Positions 8,652 to 15,993 are shown, numbered from the stretch's first letter. The stretch is DNA of 32,000 nucleotides from Megasphaera elsdenii DSM 20460 (GCF_003010495.1 NZ_CP027570.1:330001-362000), one strand, 5' to 3'. Numbers and translations: made by a program. The notes: generated by a model from the letters alone, not told the origin.

Positions 8652-11015
8652 TTATATTTCATCCTTTATAAGCATTTCAATGTATTCCCGTCCTACTTTA
8701 TCCACAGTCCGAGGAATCAAGCCCATATCTTCAGCTAATTTAATAGTATTAATTTTTAATAATAATCCTCCTCCGCCCCCAACATAAATTTCTCCACCAA
8801 TACTTAAATACACGTCTTTTCCTGTATATGTAGTGCCTATTGGCTTCAAATTTGATAATATGGAAAAGTCTTCAGTATAAGAACCAGTTTGTGGATTATA
8901 TGAACGTTCATAACTACTTCCTAAAAGGCCATCAAAAAGACCAATCTCTCCATTATTATTAATTGTTAAAGGTGAATTTGTAGATATATTCAAATAAACA
9001 TTTCCCCCAATGGAAATAAAACCAATCTTCCCTCCTAATCCTATTCCTAGATGCCCTTCTACGCTAGCTCTAGTTCGTTTAGGAAGTGTTTCTGCATATA
9101 AGCGCAATAACTCACGCAAATTTTCTGTCATTGTAAAATCCGAACAATACTTATAAGTTATACCCAAATATTGAGCAGCTCTATTAAATGTATATATAAA
9201 ATCATTCTCACCAACTTCAGGTACATCAGGATTATCTCTGCTAATGATGTACGCACTTTCTAAAACCATGATAACTCCATTGAAATTGCCTTGTTCTAAG
9301 TTTTCGTGTAAGTATTGAGCAATCGACGGATATGATCCATCCCCATCAAAACTTTGTTGAAAATGATCTAATCCATTCCATTTGATACCATACTGTGCTG
9401 TAGCTCCGCCTGTCTGGATATTCTTGCCGGTAGCCGCATTGACAGTAGCACCCAAAGCTGCGCTAATCCATTGGGCTTTGGCCGGGTCATTTCCCGCCCA
9501 TTCTTTAATCTTATTCATGAGCAGTTCATTCGTCATGCCCGCGGCAAAGCCACTGCCGGCCTTATTTCCGGCAAGCTGGCTCGTGATTTCGGCTACAAGG
9601 CCATGAGCCAGGGCTTTATCGAATTTGCCGTCGCGGTCATAGTAATGAAGCAGTTCATCTGCATTTTTCGCAAAGAGTCGGGCCAGTTCCTGCCGTTCTT
9701 CTACTTTCTGCTTATCAAAGATGTGATTCAGCGTCTGTAGGGCATGGGCTGTATCACGGTTGATTTTCGTCACATCCGTGACTCCTTGGGTGACTTGAAT
9801 CGTCCCCTGGGAAATGGCTGACCGGGTGACTGAATGTGCATCTTTAGCAGCACCTGGCAAAATATCCGGTGTGAGGCCGGTTTCGTTGAAATGCTGGTTG
9901 CGTTCCTGGTCTGACGCATAGTGGTTATAAGCCACACCGGTATTTTTTACGTCATAAGCGGCCTTATTCTGGATGTCTTCCAGGTGCAGGGTGCCGGTCG
10001 TCAGGTGATTACGGTTGGCATCGGCCGTGCTGGCGATGACAGCCCCTTTGAGTTGGGTATCCTTGTTCACATCCACATCATACCCCTGGTCACCGGCATA
10101 GATACCGGCCTGTTCGGTCACGCTGGCGTAATCACTGGTCGTCTTCCCACGGCTGTACGAAGCGTTTCCACTTTTCGCCCCCGTCCCAGTATAGGTGAAA
10201 TGCGTAGCATGGGTCCCTTGTGGCAAGAAATTTTCCTGGACGTCAACAGAGGGGGAATAAGCTACGCTAATTCCAGTCGACGAACGATTACCCCGGTAGG
10301 TCTCTGAATCCTGTACACTTTCGATGTGCAGATTTCCGCCCGTCTTTACGGTCACAGACTGTCCCTGGAGCTGGGAACCGACGAGGGTTGTATCCTTTCC
10401 AGAACTCATCATCAGGCGGTCTTGTGCCGTGACGTGGCTGCCCGTATGGGTGACGCGCGTCGTCGTCCCTTGGTCTTTCATCTTGCCATACGATGCGTCG
10501 ATACTGGTCAGGCCGCCATGGAAGGACGCTCCGATTGAAGCGCCATGGCTCTGATAGCTGTCGCGGATGGTTTCTTCATTCGTACCGGCCTGGAGGCGGA
10601 CAGCTCCGCTGGCCGTGAGGGATACATTCTTCCCTTGAATAGATTCGCCAACCGCCGTCAGATTTCCTTTATTTTTCGGTGAACTTTCAGCCCGGACCGT
10701 CACGTCGCCGGCACTCATCATCCGGCCGCCGGCATAGGTCTGATGATTCACTTCTGATTCCTGTTTGAAGGAGCTGGAGCCAATCCCGACGTGCAGGCCA
10801 ACTGACGTCACATCGGCAGGCGATTTTCCTTTCAGATCCTTCCGGAGGTTCCGGCCGGCTTCTACCAGTTCCAAGCCCTGCAAGGTCTTATTGTCCCGCG
10901 ACTGGGCCGTGCGGACGGCGCCGCGGAAGGATTCAATAGGAAGTTCACTACGGTAAGGTAATTTAGAAATTTTGAAGGCAGGACTAGGAACATTAGCTTG
11001 ATAAAACAGTAACAC
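8652..11015 (-). CDS. 5'-truncated CdiA/FhaB-family polymorphic toxin cassette 2: shared core plus a unique 240-aa glycine-rich C-terminal domain
   Basis: 787 aa ORF called from GTG. Homology to cassette 1 begins abruptly at FRGAVRTAQSRDNKTLQG (nt 10931) after 28 unrelated AT-rich codons. It is identical in architecture up to AQYGIKWN (9375-9383) and then diverges completely (GLDHFQQSFDGDGSY...GHLGIGLGGKIGFISIGGNVYL...LSIGGEIYVGGGGGLLLKI...). Confidence 0.8.
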   Translation of the reverse strand: MLLFYQANVPSPAFKISKLPYRSELPIESFRGAVRTAQSRDNKTLQGLELVEAGRNLRKDLKGKSPADVTSVGLHVGIGSSSFKQESEVNHQTYAGGRMMSAGDVTVRAESSPKNKGNLTAVGESIQGKNVSLTASGAVRLQAGTNEETIRDSYQSHGASIGASFHGGLTSIDASYGKMKDQGTTTRVTHTGSHVTAQDRLMMSSGKDTTLVGSQLQGQSVTVKTGGNLHIESVQDSETYRGNRSSTGISVAYSPSVDVQENFLPQGTHATHFTYTGTGAKSGNASYSRGKTTSDYASVTEQAGIYAGDQGYDVDVNKDTQLKGAVIASTADANRNHLTTGTLHLEDIQNKAAYDVKNTGVAYNHYASDQERNQHFNETGLTPDILPGAAKDAHSVTRSAISQGTIQVTQGVTDVTKINRDTAHALQTLNHIFDKQKVEERQELARLFAKNADELLHYYDRDGKFDKALAHGLVAEITSQLAGNKAGSGFAAGMTNELLMNKIKEWAGNDPAKAQWISAALGATVNAATGKNIQTGGATAQYGIKWNGLDHFQQSFDGDGSYPSIAQYLHENLEQGNFNGVIMVLESAYIISRDNPDVPEVGENDFIYTFNRAAQYLGITYKYCSDFTMTENLRELLRLYAETLPKRTRASVEGHLGIGLGGKIGFISIGGNVYLNISTNSPLTINNNGEIGLFDGLLGSSYERSYNPQTGSYTEDFSILSNLKPIGTTYTGKDVYLSIGGEIYVGGGGGLLLKINTIKLAEDMGLIPRTVDKVGREYIEMLIKDEI
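9375..10931 (-). repeat. 1.56 kb near-identical direct repeat, copy 2 (shared toxin core)
   Basis: See 6357-7913. Same orientation, offset 3018 bp. Confidence 0.9.
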
Positions 11016-11131
11016 GAGGACATTACCAATTCCTTTAGCTTTGGTGGTGGTATTTCCAGTCCATTCATTAATATCATTAACTTTAAAATCATATCAATCT
11101 ATCACATAACACTCTTGGCATTATGTAGCGT

Positions 11132-11527
11132 TTACGATAGGTATAAAATGATTAGTATGCCGAAATAAAGTGCAGCTATAATCCATATTATTAAATTAAC
11201 ATAAATTTCTTTCATGGACTTATGTTGAGCTCGCAAATAATTCCTTCTTCCATAAATCATTACGCCATACCAAATGAAGAAAAAAATAAGTGTAAAAATT
11301 GCCGAAAAAAAATAGTACACTTCATCTGGCTTCATAATGATTACACATATAAAATTAAACAACGCTGCGGAAAATATAATGCTAATAATAAAAAATTGTT
11401 TTTTAGGCACATATCTCAATAATATTTTTTCTTTATCTGTTTGTTTTACTCTAAAAATAAATGATTTTAATATTTCGAATAAAAGTATACTTATGCCAAC
11501 ACAATATATTATATCTTTAAAATCCAT
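11132..11527 (-). CDS. Small 4-TM membrane protein, candidate orphan immunity gene of a decayed third cassette
   Basis: 131 aa, very AT-rich. GAAGGAG lies 7-8 nt upstream of ATG 11527. Hydrophobic segments include IIYCVGISILLFEIL, FFIISIIFSAALFNFICVII, YYFFSAIFTLIFFFIWYGVMIY and IIWIIAALYFGILIILYL. It lies just downstream of the toxin-core remnant at 11587-11717. Confidence 0.55.
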   Translation of the reverse strand: MDFKDIIYCVGISILLFEILKSFIFRVKQTDKEKILLRYVPKKQFFIISIIFSAALFNFICVIIMKPDEVYYFFSAIFTLIFFFIWYGVMIYGRRNYLRAQHKSMKEIYVNLIIWIIAALYFGILIILYLS

Positions 11528-11586
11528 TTTATTTCTCCTTCAGTTCTCCTTGCGCGCATCTAGATTTGTGATATTTGTCAATATAG

Positions 11587-11717
11587 CTCTGACAGCTGTC
11601 ACAGAAGGCTTCCTCATTCGTACCGGCCTAGAGACGGACATCTCCCCATTGGCCGTGAAAGATACATTCCTACCTTAAATATTTTCGCCAACAGCTGTCA
11701 GATTTCCTTTATTTTTC
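11587..11717 (-). pseudogene. Degenerate fragment of the toxin repeat core (third copy)
   Basis: It aligns with 7531-7659 of cassette 1 (CTCTGA.A.CTGTCAC...TTCATTCGTACCGGCCT.GAG.CGGAC...CAGATTTCCTTTATTTTTC). It has many substitutions, a 2-nt indel and an in-frame TAA (VGENI*GRNVSFTA against VGESIQGKNVSLTA). Confidence 0.8.
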
Positions 11718-11876
11718 CCGGATTCCGATGCGGCTTCGCCGCGTCAATTTCATGATTGTATTACGACCATGTGCCATCTGTCATAAATTCCGGCTATGTA
11801 CAGGATTCACAGCGGTACGCCCTTTGGGCGTCCCCTACGGTATCGCATAGAGGCGATGAAAATGAACGCAGGCCGT

Positions 11877-11932
11877 AAAAAAATAACCATGCGGCTCATG
11901 AACCGCGTGGTTATCGTATTCTTTATGATGAC
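11877..11932 (-). repeat. Copy B of the tRNA-Ala-downstream repeat, which also serves as the terminator hairpin of the phn operon
   Basis: The reverse complement CATCATAAAGAATACGATAACCACGCGGTTCATGAGCCGCATGGTTATTTTTTT matches 15751-15803 (CACCATAAAGAATACG...GCCGCGTGGTTATTTTTT). It has one hairpin mismatch and one mismatch in the CCA-end remnant. It lies 13 nt after the phnE stop. Confidence 0.85.
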
Positions 11933-11944
11933 AAGATGGATTCA

Positions 11945-13492
11945 TTATGACATGTTGTTGATCCGCTGTTTTTTACGCAGCCATTCCGAAAATATTTCAA
12001 CGACCGTCACCATTCCTACCATCCCCCATAACAAGGCTCCGGCAGCGGCCCATTCATAATGCATCATCGCCAAAATCAGCGGGGTACCGATGCCACCGGC
12101 ACCGACCAGACCCAGGATGGCAGCATCACGCAGATTGATATCTAACCGGTACAGGATAGCCGCTCCGTAACGAGGTCCCAATTGGGGCAGGACAGCCCAA
12201 CGGACAGATCGCACGGCAGAAACCCCCATGCCCCGGCATGCGCGGTACGGCTCCAGATGAATATCGTCGATAGCGATGAGGAACCGCTTGGCCAGGAGGC
12301 CCACACTGCACAGAGTCAGTGTCAGCACACCGGCAAAAGGCCCAGGACCGGTAACGCGAATCCACATCAAGCCATATACAAAGACGGGAACAGTGCGGAT
12401 GAGCAACAATATCAGCCGGGAAGCCAGTGCTGCTGGTGCAGAAAAGAGCCGGAAACTAGCGGTAAAGGAAAACCAGGCAGCAATGACCGTTCCCCCTAGT
12501 GTACCCAGAAAAGCAATGCAAAATGTTTCATATAATAACCAGGGAACGCCATCATGAGCTAAAGAACATATCATAGACCAGTCGGGATGAATGATTCCCT
12601 GTACCATAGCCGCAGCGGCTGCCATTCCCTTCCCATCTGTATCTGGCAGAACCAGCGTCTGAAAAGAGGAAAGAAATAACCCGGCCAATACTAGTCCCAA
12701 TACCGTCTTTTCTGTCCGGGATAAATGTCTTTTACCAGAAAGGACCTGGCGCAGCCATTCACTGACTCCTTCGGTCAATATGACAACCCCATATAACAGT
12801 AATAGAATCATGCCAACTTCACTGTATTCGCGCCAGGCCAGCCTTTCATTCAGCAACAGGCCGATACCACCGGCCCCGACGTAGCCAAGGATAGCCGCAT
12901 GACGCACATTGGCTTCCAGCATATACAATACATTAATCAGATATCCTGCCAGCACCACCGGAAGGATAGTGCGAATGAACGCCCGCAGACGGCCGCATCC
13001 CGCCGCTTCCAGCGCTTTGGCTGCTTTCTGGTCAGCATTTTCCATATCTTCATAACCCATACGGGCCATGACCGCTGTCGTATATATGCTCAGGGCCAGT
13101 GTCCCTGCCAGCGTTCCCAAACCGACGAGAAAGGTGCACAAAAGTGCCAGGATCAGAGCCGGGATAGTACGGATGAGATGGATGACTGCCTTGAACGGAA
13201 CACGCAGCCAGGCATGAGGATTGAGATAGGCACTGGCAAAGGAGCCCCCCACCAATCCCAGCACAGCTCCGATGCCTGTACCGGCCAGGGACATCTGCAC
13301 CGTGGCCCAAAGTGGTGCCAGTACGATCCGGCCATAGGACATATCCGGAGGTATCATGGCTCCGGCAATATCGAAGAAACGCACACCTCGCCGCAATAAG
13401 AGTGATAAAGACACGCCGGCACTTTCCCCGCAGAGGATAGTTAATGCCAGAAACAGCAGCACCATGACCGTACGGCGCAAGGAATACCTCAT
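11945..13492 (-). CDS. phnE: Phosphonate/phosphite-type ABC transporter permease, fused double PhnE
   Basis: 515 aa, about 12 predicted TM helices in two homologous halves. PhnE-like sequence is present in both halves (GAILGYVGAGGIGLLL and AAILGLVGAGGIGTPL). The ATGA start overlaps the phnC stop. Confidence 0.8.
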   Translation of the reverse strand: MRYSLRRTVMVLLFLALTILCGESAGVSLSLLLRRGVRFFDIAGAMIPPDMSYGRIVLAPLWATVQMSLAGTGIGAVLGLVGGSFASAYLNPHAWLRVPFKAVIHLIRTIPALILALLCTFLVGLGTLAGTLALSIYTTAVMARMGYEDMENADQKAAKALEAAGCGRLRAFIRTILPVVLAGYLINVLYMLEANVRHAAILGYVGAGGIGLLLNERLAWREYSEVGMILLLLYGVVILTEGVSEWLRQVLSGKRHLSRTEKTVLGLVLAGLFLSSFQTLVLPDTDGKGMAAAAAMVQGIIHPDWSMICSLAHDGVPWLLYETFCIAFLGTLGGTVIAAWFSFTASFRLFSAPAALASRLILLLIRTVPVFVYGLMWIRVTGPGPFAGVLTLTLCSVGLLAKRFLIAIDDIHLEPYRACRGMGVSAVRSVRWAVLPQLGPRYGAAILYRLDINLRDAAILGLVGAGGIGTPLILAMMHYEWAAAGALLWGMVGMVTVVEIFSEWLRKKQRINNMS

Positions 13493-14238
13493 GACGTCTG
13501 CCTCCCATACAAGGCCTGCAGCCGGTCTTCTGTCCAGTCTGCCGGGGCCCCGTCAAAAAATATCCGTCCATCTTTCAACCCGATAATTCGGTCCGACCAG
13601 GTCCGTGCCTGTTCCACGTTATGGCTGTTCATGACGACGGTAAGGCCCTGTTCTTTTTGCAGCCTGCACATGAGCTCTAATACCTGCCGGGCTGTTAGCG
13701 GGTCCAGCGAGGCGACCGGTTCATCGGCCAGGAGAATCGTAGCATCCTGCATCAGCGTCCGGGCAATAGCTACACGCTGTTTCTGTCCTCCACTCAGGGC
13801 ATGAGCCAGCGTCTGGCGGTATTCTTCCATTCCCACAGCTTCCAATGCCGCCAGCGCTTTTTCTCTTTCCACCCGAGGGAAGAAACCTGACAGGGCCCGC
13901 CAGAGCGGAATCCGGGCCAAGCAGCCATTGAGCACATTCTGCAAACACGTACACGTATCGACCAGACAGAAATCTTGGAAAATCATGCCGACCCGCTGTT
14001 GAATAGTCCGTCGCTTCCGGCTTTTCAGCGTATCGAATCGAACTTCGTCAATCCAGACTTCTCCTGAATCAGGACATACCATATGATTGAACAGGCGAAG
14101 TAGCGTTGTCTTACCGGCACCGCTGGGACCAATGACCGATACGAACTGTCCGGCCGGAATCGTAAAAGATATATCACGCAGGACAGGCTTTCCTTTCTTA
14201 TATGACTGGCAGATGTGTTTTAATTCCAGCATAGCCAT
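13489..14238 (-). CDS. phnC: Phosphonate-type ABC transporter ATP-binding protein
   Basis: Walker A GPSGAGKTT, signature LSGGQKQRVAIARTL, Walker B ILLADEPVASLD. The start was moved from the ORF-track GTG (14256) to ATG 14238 (MAMLELKH), which has AAGGGGAAG 6 nt upstream. Confidence 0.85.
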   Translation of the reverse strand: MAMLELKHICQSYKKGKPVLRDISFTIPAGQFVSVIGPSGAGKTTLLRLFNHMVCPDSGEVWIDEVRFDTLKSRKRRTIQQRVGMIFQDFCLVDTCTCLQNVLNGCLARIPLWRALSGFFPRVEREKALAALEAVGMEEYRQTLAHALSGGQKQRVAIARTLMQDATILLADEPVASLDPLTARQVLELMCRLQKEQGLTVVMNSHNVEQARTWSDRIIGLKDGRIFFDGAPADWTEDRLQALYGRQTS

Positions 14239-14260
14239 GATTCTTCCCCTTTTCACATCA

Positions 14261-15292
14261 TTATTTCAATTCTTTTTGAACTTTTCGTTCGCCATCATAA
14301 TCCGAACTCTGTGCCCAGTCATATCCTTTATGACCCAGTGTCTGTAATACCTTCAAGCCTTCATCGGTCTTTCCGATTTCAATGAGCGATTCGCCCAGAG
14401 CCTTGCGGAAATTTTCATCCTGCATGACCTTGCTGGTCTTGCTGACACTGACCGTATCATTATAAATCTTATCCGTTACGCCAATGACACCGGTCTGAGA
14501 CCAGATATCCGCCGTACCGCCAAATTTTTCCTGCCAGTTTTTGGCCATATGGGCGCGGATATGTGAATAAGCCACGATGACATCTACCTGTCCCGATGCC
14601 AGGCGCGCTGTCAAAGTCGTATATGAATCAGACTGTACAACATGGGACAGATCAGAAATCTTCTTGCCATAATTATCCTTCAACCACAATGACGGATACA
14701 GATACCCCGAAGCAGATGCCGGACTCATGACGCCCCAGGTCAAGTCATTCAATTCATCCCATGTTGGCTTTTCCCCCCGTTTTACCTTGGCAAGAAGCGC
14801 CTGCCCTTTGGCACTGGGCCCGACAACGATTGCCGATCGATAATACTTTACCAAATCCTTCTTGAACACTTCCGGTATGCCGTTATTCCAAACAGACAAA
14901 TCTGTCGTATCCTTGTCAATGCCCTGGCGTAGAGCCGTCAACAGTACATCAACATCGTTGTCATACATGACATACGTAGCGCCGGAAATGAAACCCATAT
15001 CGGCACTGCCCGAACTCAGCGCTTCTCCGACAGCATTATAAGAGGTACCGACATTGATAGTTACTTTCTTGATATTGTATCCTTTTTCCTTCATTTTTTC
15101 CTGAATCATCTTCCCCAGCGGTTCCGTTTTCGTCTGGATGGTATCAGCATCCTGATAAGGAGATACGGCAATTTTTAATTCTTCTACCTCTTTCGACCCG
15201 CTCTTCTGCGTATCGCTGCTGCCACAACCAGACAGGAATACACAACTCATAAGCAGTGCAGATATCAAGACTTGCCATTTTTTCATCATCAT
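14261..15292 (-). CDS. phnD: PhnD-family (phosphonate/phosphite) substrate-binding lipoprotein
   Basis: 343 aa. It has a lipoprotein signal with lipobox LSGC, and a PhnD-like fold signature (IAVSPYQDA..., VGTSYNAVGEALSSGSADMGFISGATY). GAGGAG lies 5 nt upstream of the ATG. Confidence 0.8.
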   Translation of the reverse strand: MMMKKWQVLISALLMSCVFLSGCGSSDTQKSGSKEVEELKIAVSPYQDADTIQTKTEPLGKMIQEKMKEKGYNIKKVTINVGTSYNAVGEALSSGSADMGFISGATYVMYDNDVDVLLTALRQGIDKDTTDLSVWNNGIPEVFKKDLVKYYRSAIVVGPSAKGQALLAKVKRGEKPTWDELNDLTWGVMSPASASGYLYPSLWLKDNYGKKISDLSHVVQSDSYTTLTARLASGQVDVIVAYSHIRAHMAKNWQEKFGGTADIWSQTGVIGVTDKIYNDTVSVSKTSKVMQDENFRKALGESLIEIGKTDEGLKVLQTLGHKGYDWAQSSDYDGERKVQKELK

Positions 15293-15524
15293 CGACTCCT
15301 CACAACAATATAATAATACACATTACAGCCATACAAAAAAAGAGAGGTCCCTGCGTCCCTCTCCGTACAACCAGTCCATGCGACAAAAAGGGACTATGAT
15401 TCCCACATAACGGTCGGCGTCTCTGGCACCCTCTCAGTCCGGCACACGAACTCCCTCGCATGTTGGTCGTTAATATTACTATATAACAAATCCAGGGAGC
15501 TCCCCCAAGATTCATATTCAGACC
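15293..15524 (-). promoter_or_regulatory. About 230-nt structured 5' leader of phnDCE with a terminator-like hairpin: candidate riboswitch or attenuator, class unassigned
   Basis: On the minus-strand RNA, a long-range 7-bp helix CAUGCGA (15456-15462) with UCGCAUG (15377-15383) encloses about 72 nt that contain the hairpin GUUCG-UGUGC-CGGAC and a CUGAGAGG motif. AGAGGUC near the 5' end is complementary to GACCUCU in the 3' hairpin. The hairpin GGAGAGG...CCUCUC is followed by U7 (15334-15365), just upstream of the RBS. Confidence 0.35.
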
Positions 15525-15530
15525 TCTTTT

Positions 15531-15559
15531 AGTATAATATATGCAATTTGCAAATTCAA
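15531..15559 (-). promoter_or_regulatory. Putative sigma-70 promoter of phnDCE
   Basis: On the minus strand: TTGAAT (-35, 15554-15559), 17 nt spacer, TATACT (-10, 15531-15536). Confidence 0.45.
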
Positions 15560-15629
15560 GGTAAACAATACCGTCGACGGTGTCAACATATTATGGGAAT
15601 TTCTTGAATAAGAAAAAAGTCTTTGAAAC

Positions 15630-15659
15630 TTGACAATAATCCATAGTTCATGCTATAAT
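15630..15659 (+). promoter_or_regulatory. Promoter of tRNA-Ala
   Basis: Consensus TTGACA (15630-15635), 18-nt spacer, consensus TATAAT (15654-15659), 20 nt upstream of the tRNA 5' end. Confidence 0.7.
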
Positions 15660-15679
15660 ATTTTTCGTACCAAACACAT

Positions 15680-15755
<76 letters not shown>

Positions 15756-15766
15756 TAAAGAATACG

Positions 15767-15804
15767 ATAACCACGCGGTTCATGAGCCGCGTGGTTATTT
15801 TTTA
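15767..15804 (+). terminator. Rho-independent terminator of tRNA-Ala (master copy of the repeated hairpin)
   Basis: A 12-bp stem, ATAACCACGCGG with CCGCGTGGTTAT, loop TTCATGAG, followed by TTTTTT. Confidence 0.85.
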
Positions 15805-15845
15805 TTACATGAAAAACTGAAGAAGGTTAGCACTAGGGTTAGCAA

Positions 15846-15890
15846 TAAAAAAAACGACAGTAACCAGCAACAGGAACTGTCGTTTTTTTT
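15846..15890. terminator. Bidirectional hairpin terminator
   Basis: A8-ACGACAGT...ACTGTCGT-T8. The 9-bp stem is flanked by an A-run and a T-run. Confidence 0.55.
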
Positions 15891-15901
15891 ATTCGTGCTT
15901 T

Positions 15902-15952
15902 AAGGAAAAGGGACCGCGCATAGTAGCAAAAGTGCTATGCGATGGTCCCTTT
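15902..15952 (-). terminator. Terminator of the flavodoxin-like gene
   Basis: Minus-strand RNA AGGGACCAUCGCAUAG...CUAUGCGCGGUCCCU followed by UUUUCCUU. It starts about 40 nt after the stop at 15994. Confidence 0.65.
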
Positions 15953-15993
15953 GCATCTGACTATTTTACCGGAGTGGGATTCTGGTAAACGAA

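Noticed and set aside
6357-10931. Whether the large direct repeats represent a CRISPR array or an IS element
   Set aside because: The repeat unit is 1.56 kb of protein-coding haemagglutinin-repeat sequence. There are no short repeat-spacer periodicity, no terminal inverted repeats, and no transposase or cas genes in the window.
10862-11131. Possible gene in the AT-rich 200-nt spacer between the 131-aa ORF and cassette 2 (76-aa ORF 10862-11092, and in-frame extension YDFKVNDINEWTGNTTTKAKG...)
   Set aside because: No RBS or recognisable motif. The 76-aa ORF runs out of frame into the GC-rich core. The region is more likely leftover cassette-junction sequence.
3978-11876. Integrase, recombinase or other mobility gene inside the putative island
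   Set aside because: All six frames were inspected. Only toxin fragments and small membrane proteins are present, so no mobile_element feature was called despite the att-like repeats.
15377-15462. Assignment of the phnD leader to the TPP riboswitch class, because of the CUGAGA motif
   Set aside because: The other invariant TPP elements (GGGGUGC, ACCC...GAACCUGAUC, GCG.AGGGA) are not present. The class is left unassigned. The resemblance to ykkC is also too weak to call by eye.
15300-15515. 71-aa minus-strand ORF upstream of phnD
   Set aside because: It lies entirely inside the structured leader and terminator and has no RBS. It is better explained as regulatory RNA.
15805-15900. Possible small RNA between the tRNA-Ala terminator and the bidirectional hairpin, including the direct repeat GGTTAGCA-CTAG-GGTTAGCA
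   Set aside because: No promoter-like sequence precedes it. The hairpin can be explained as a back-up or bidirectional terminator between convergent transcription units.
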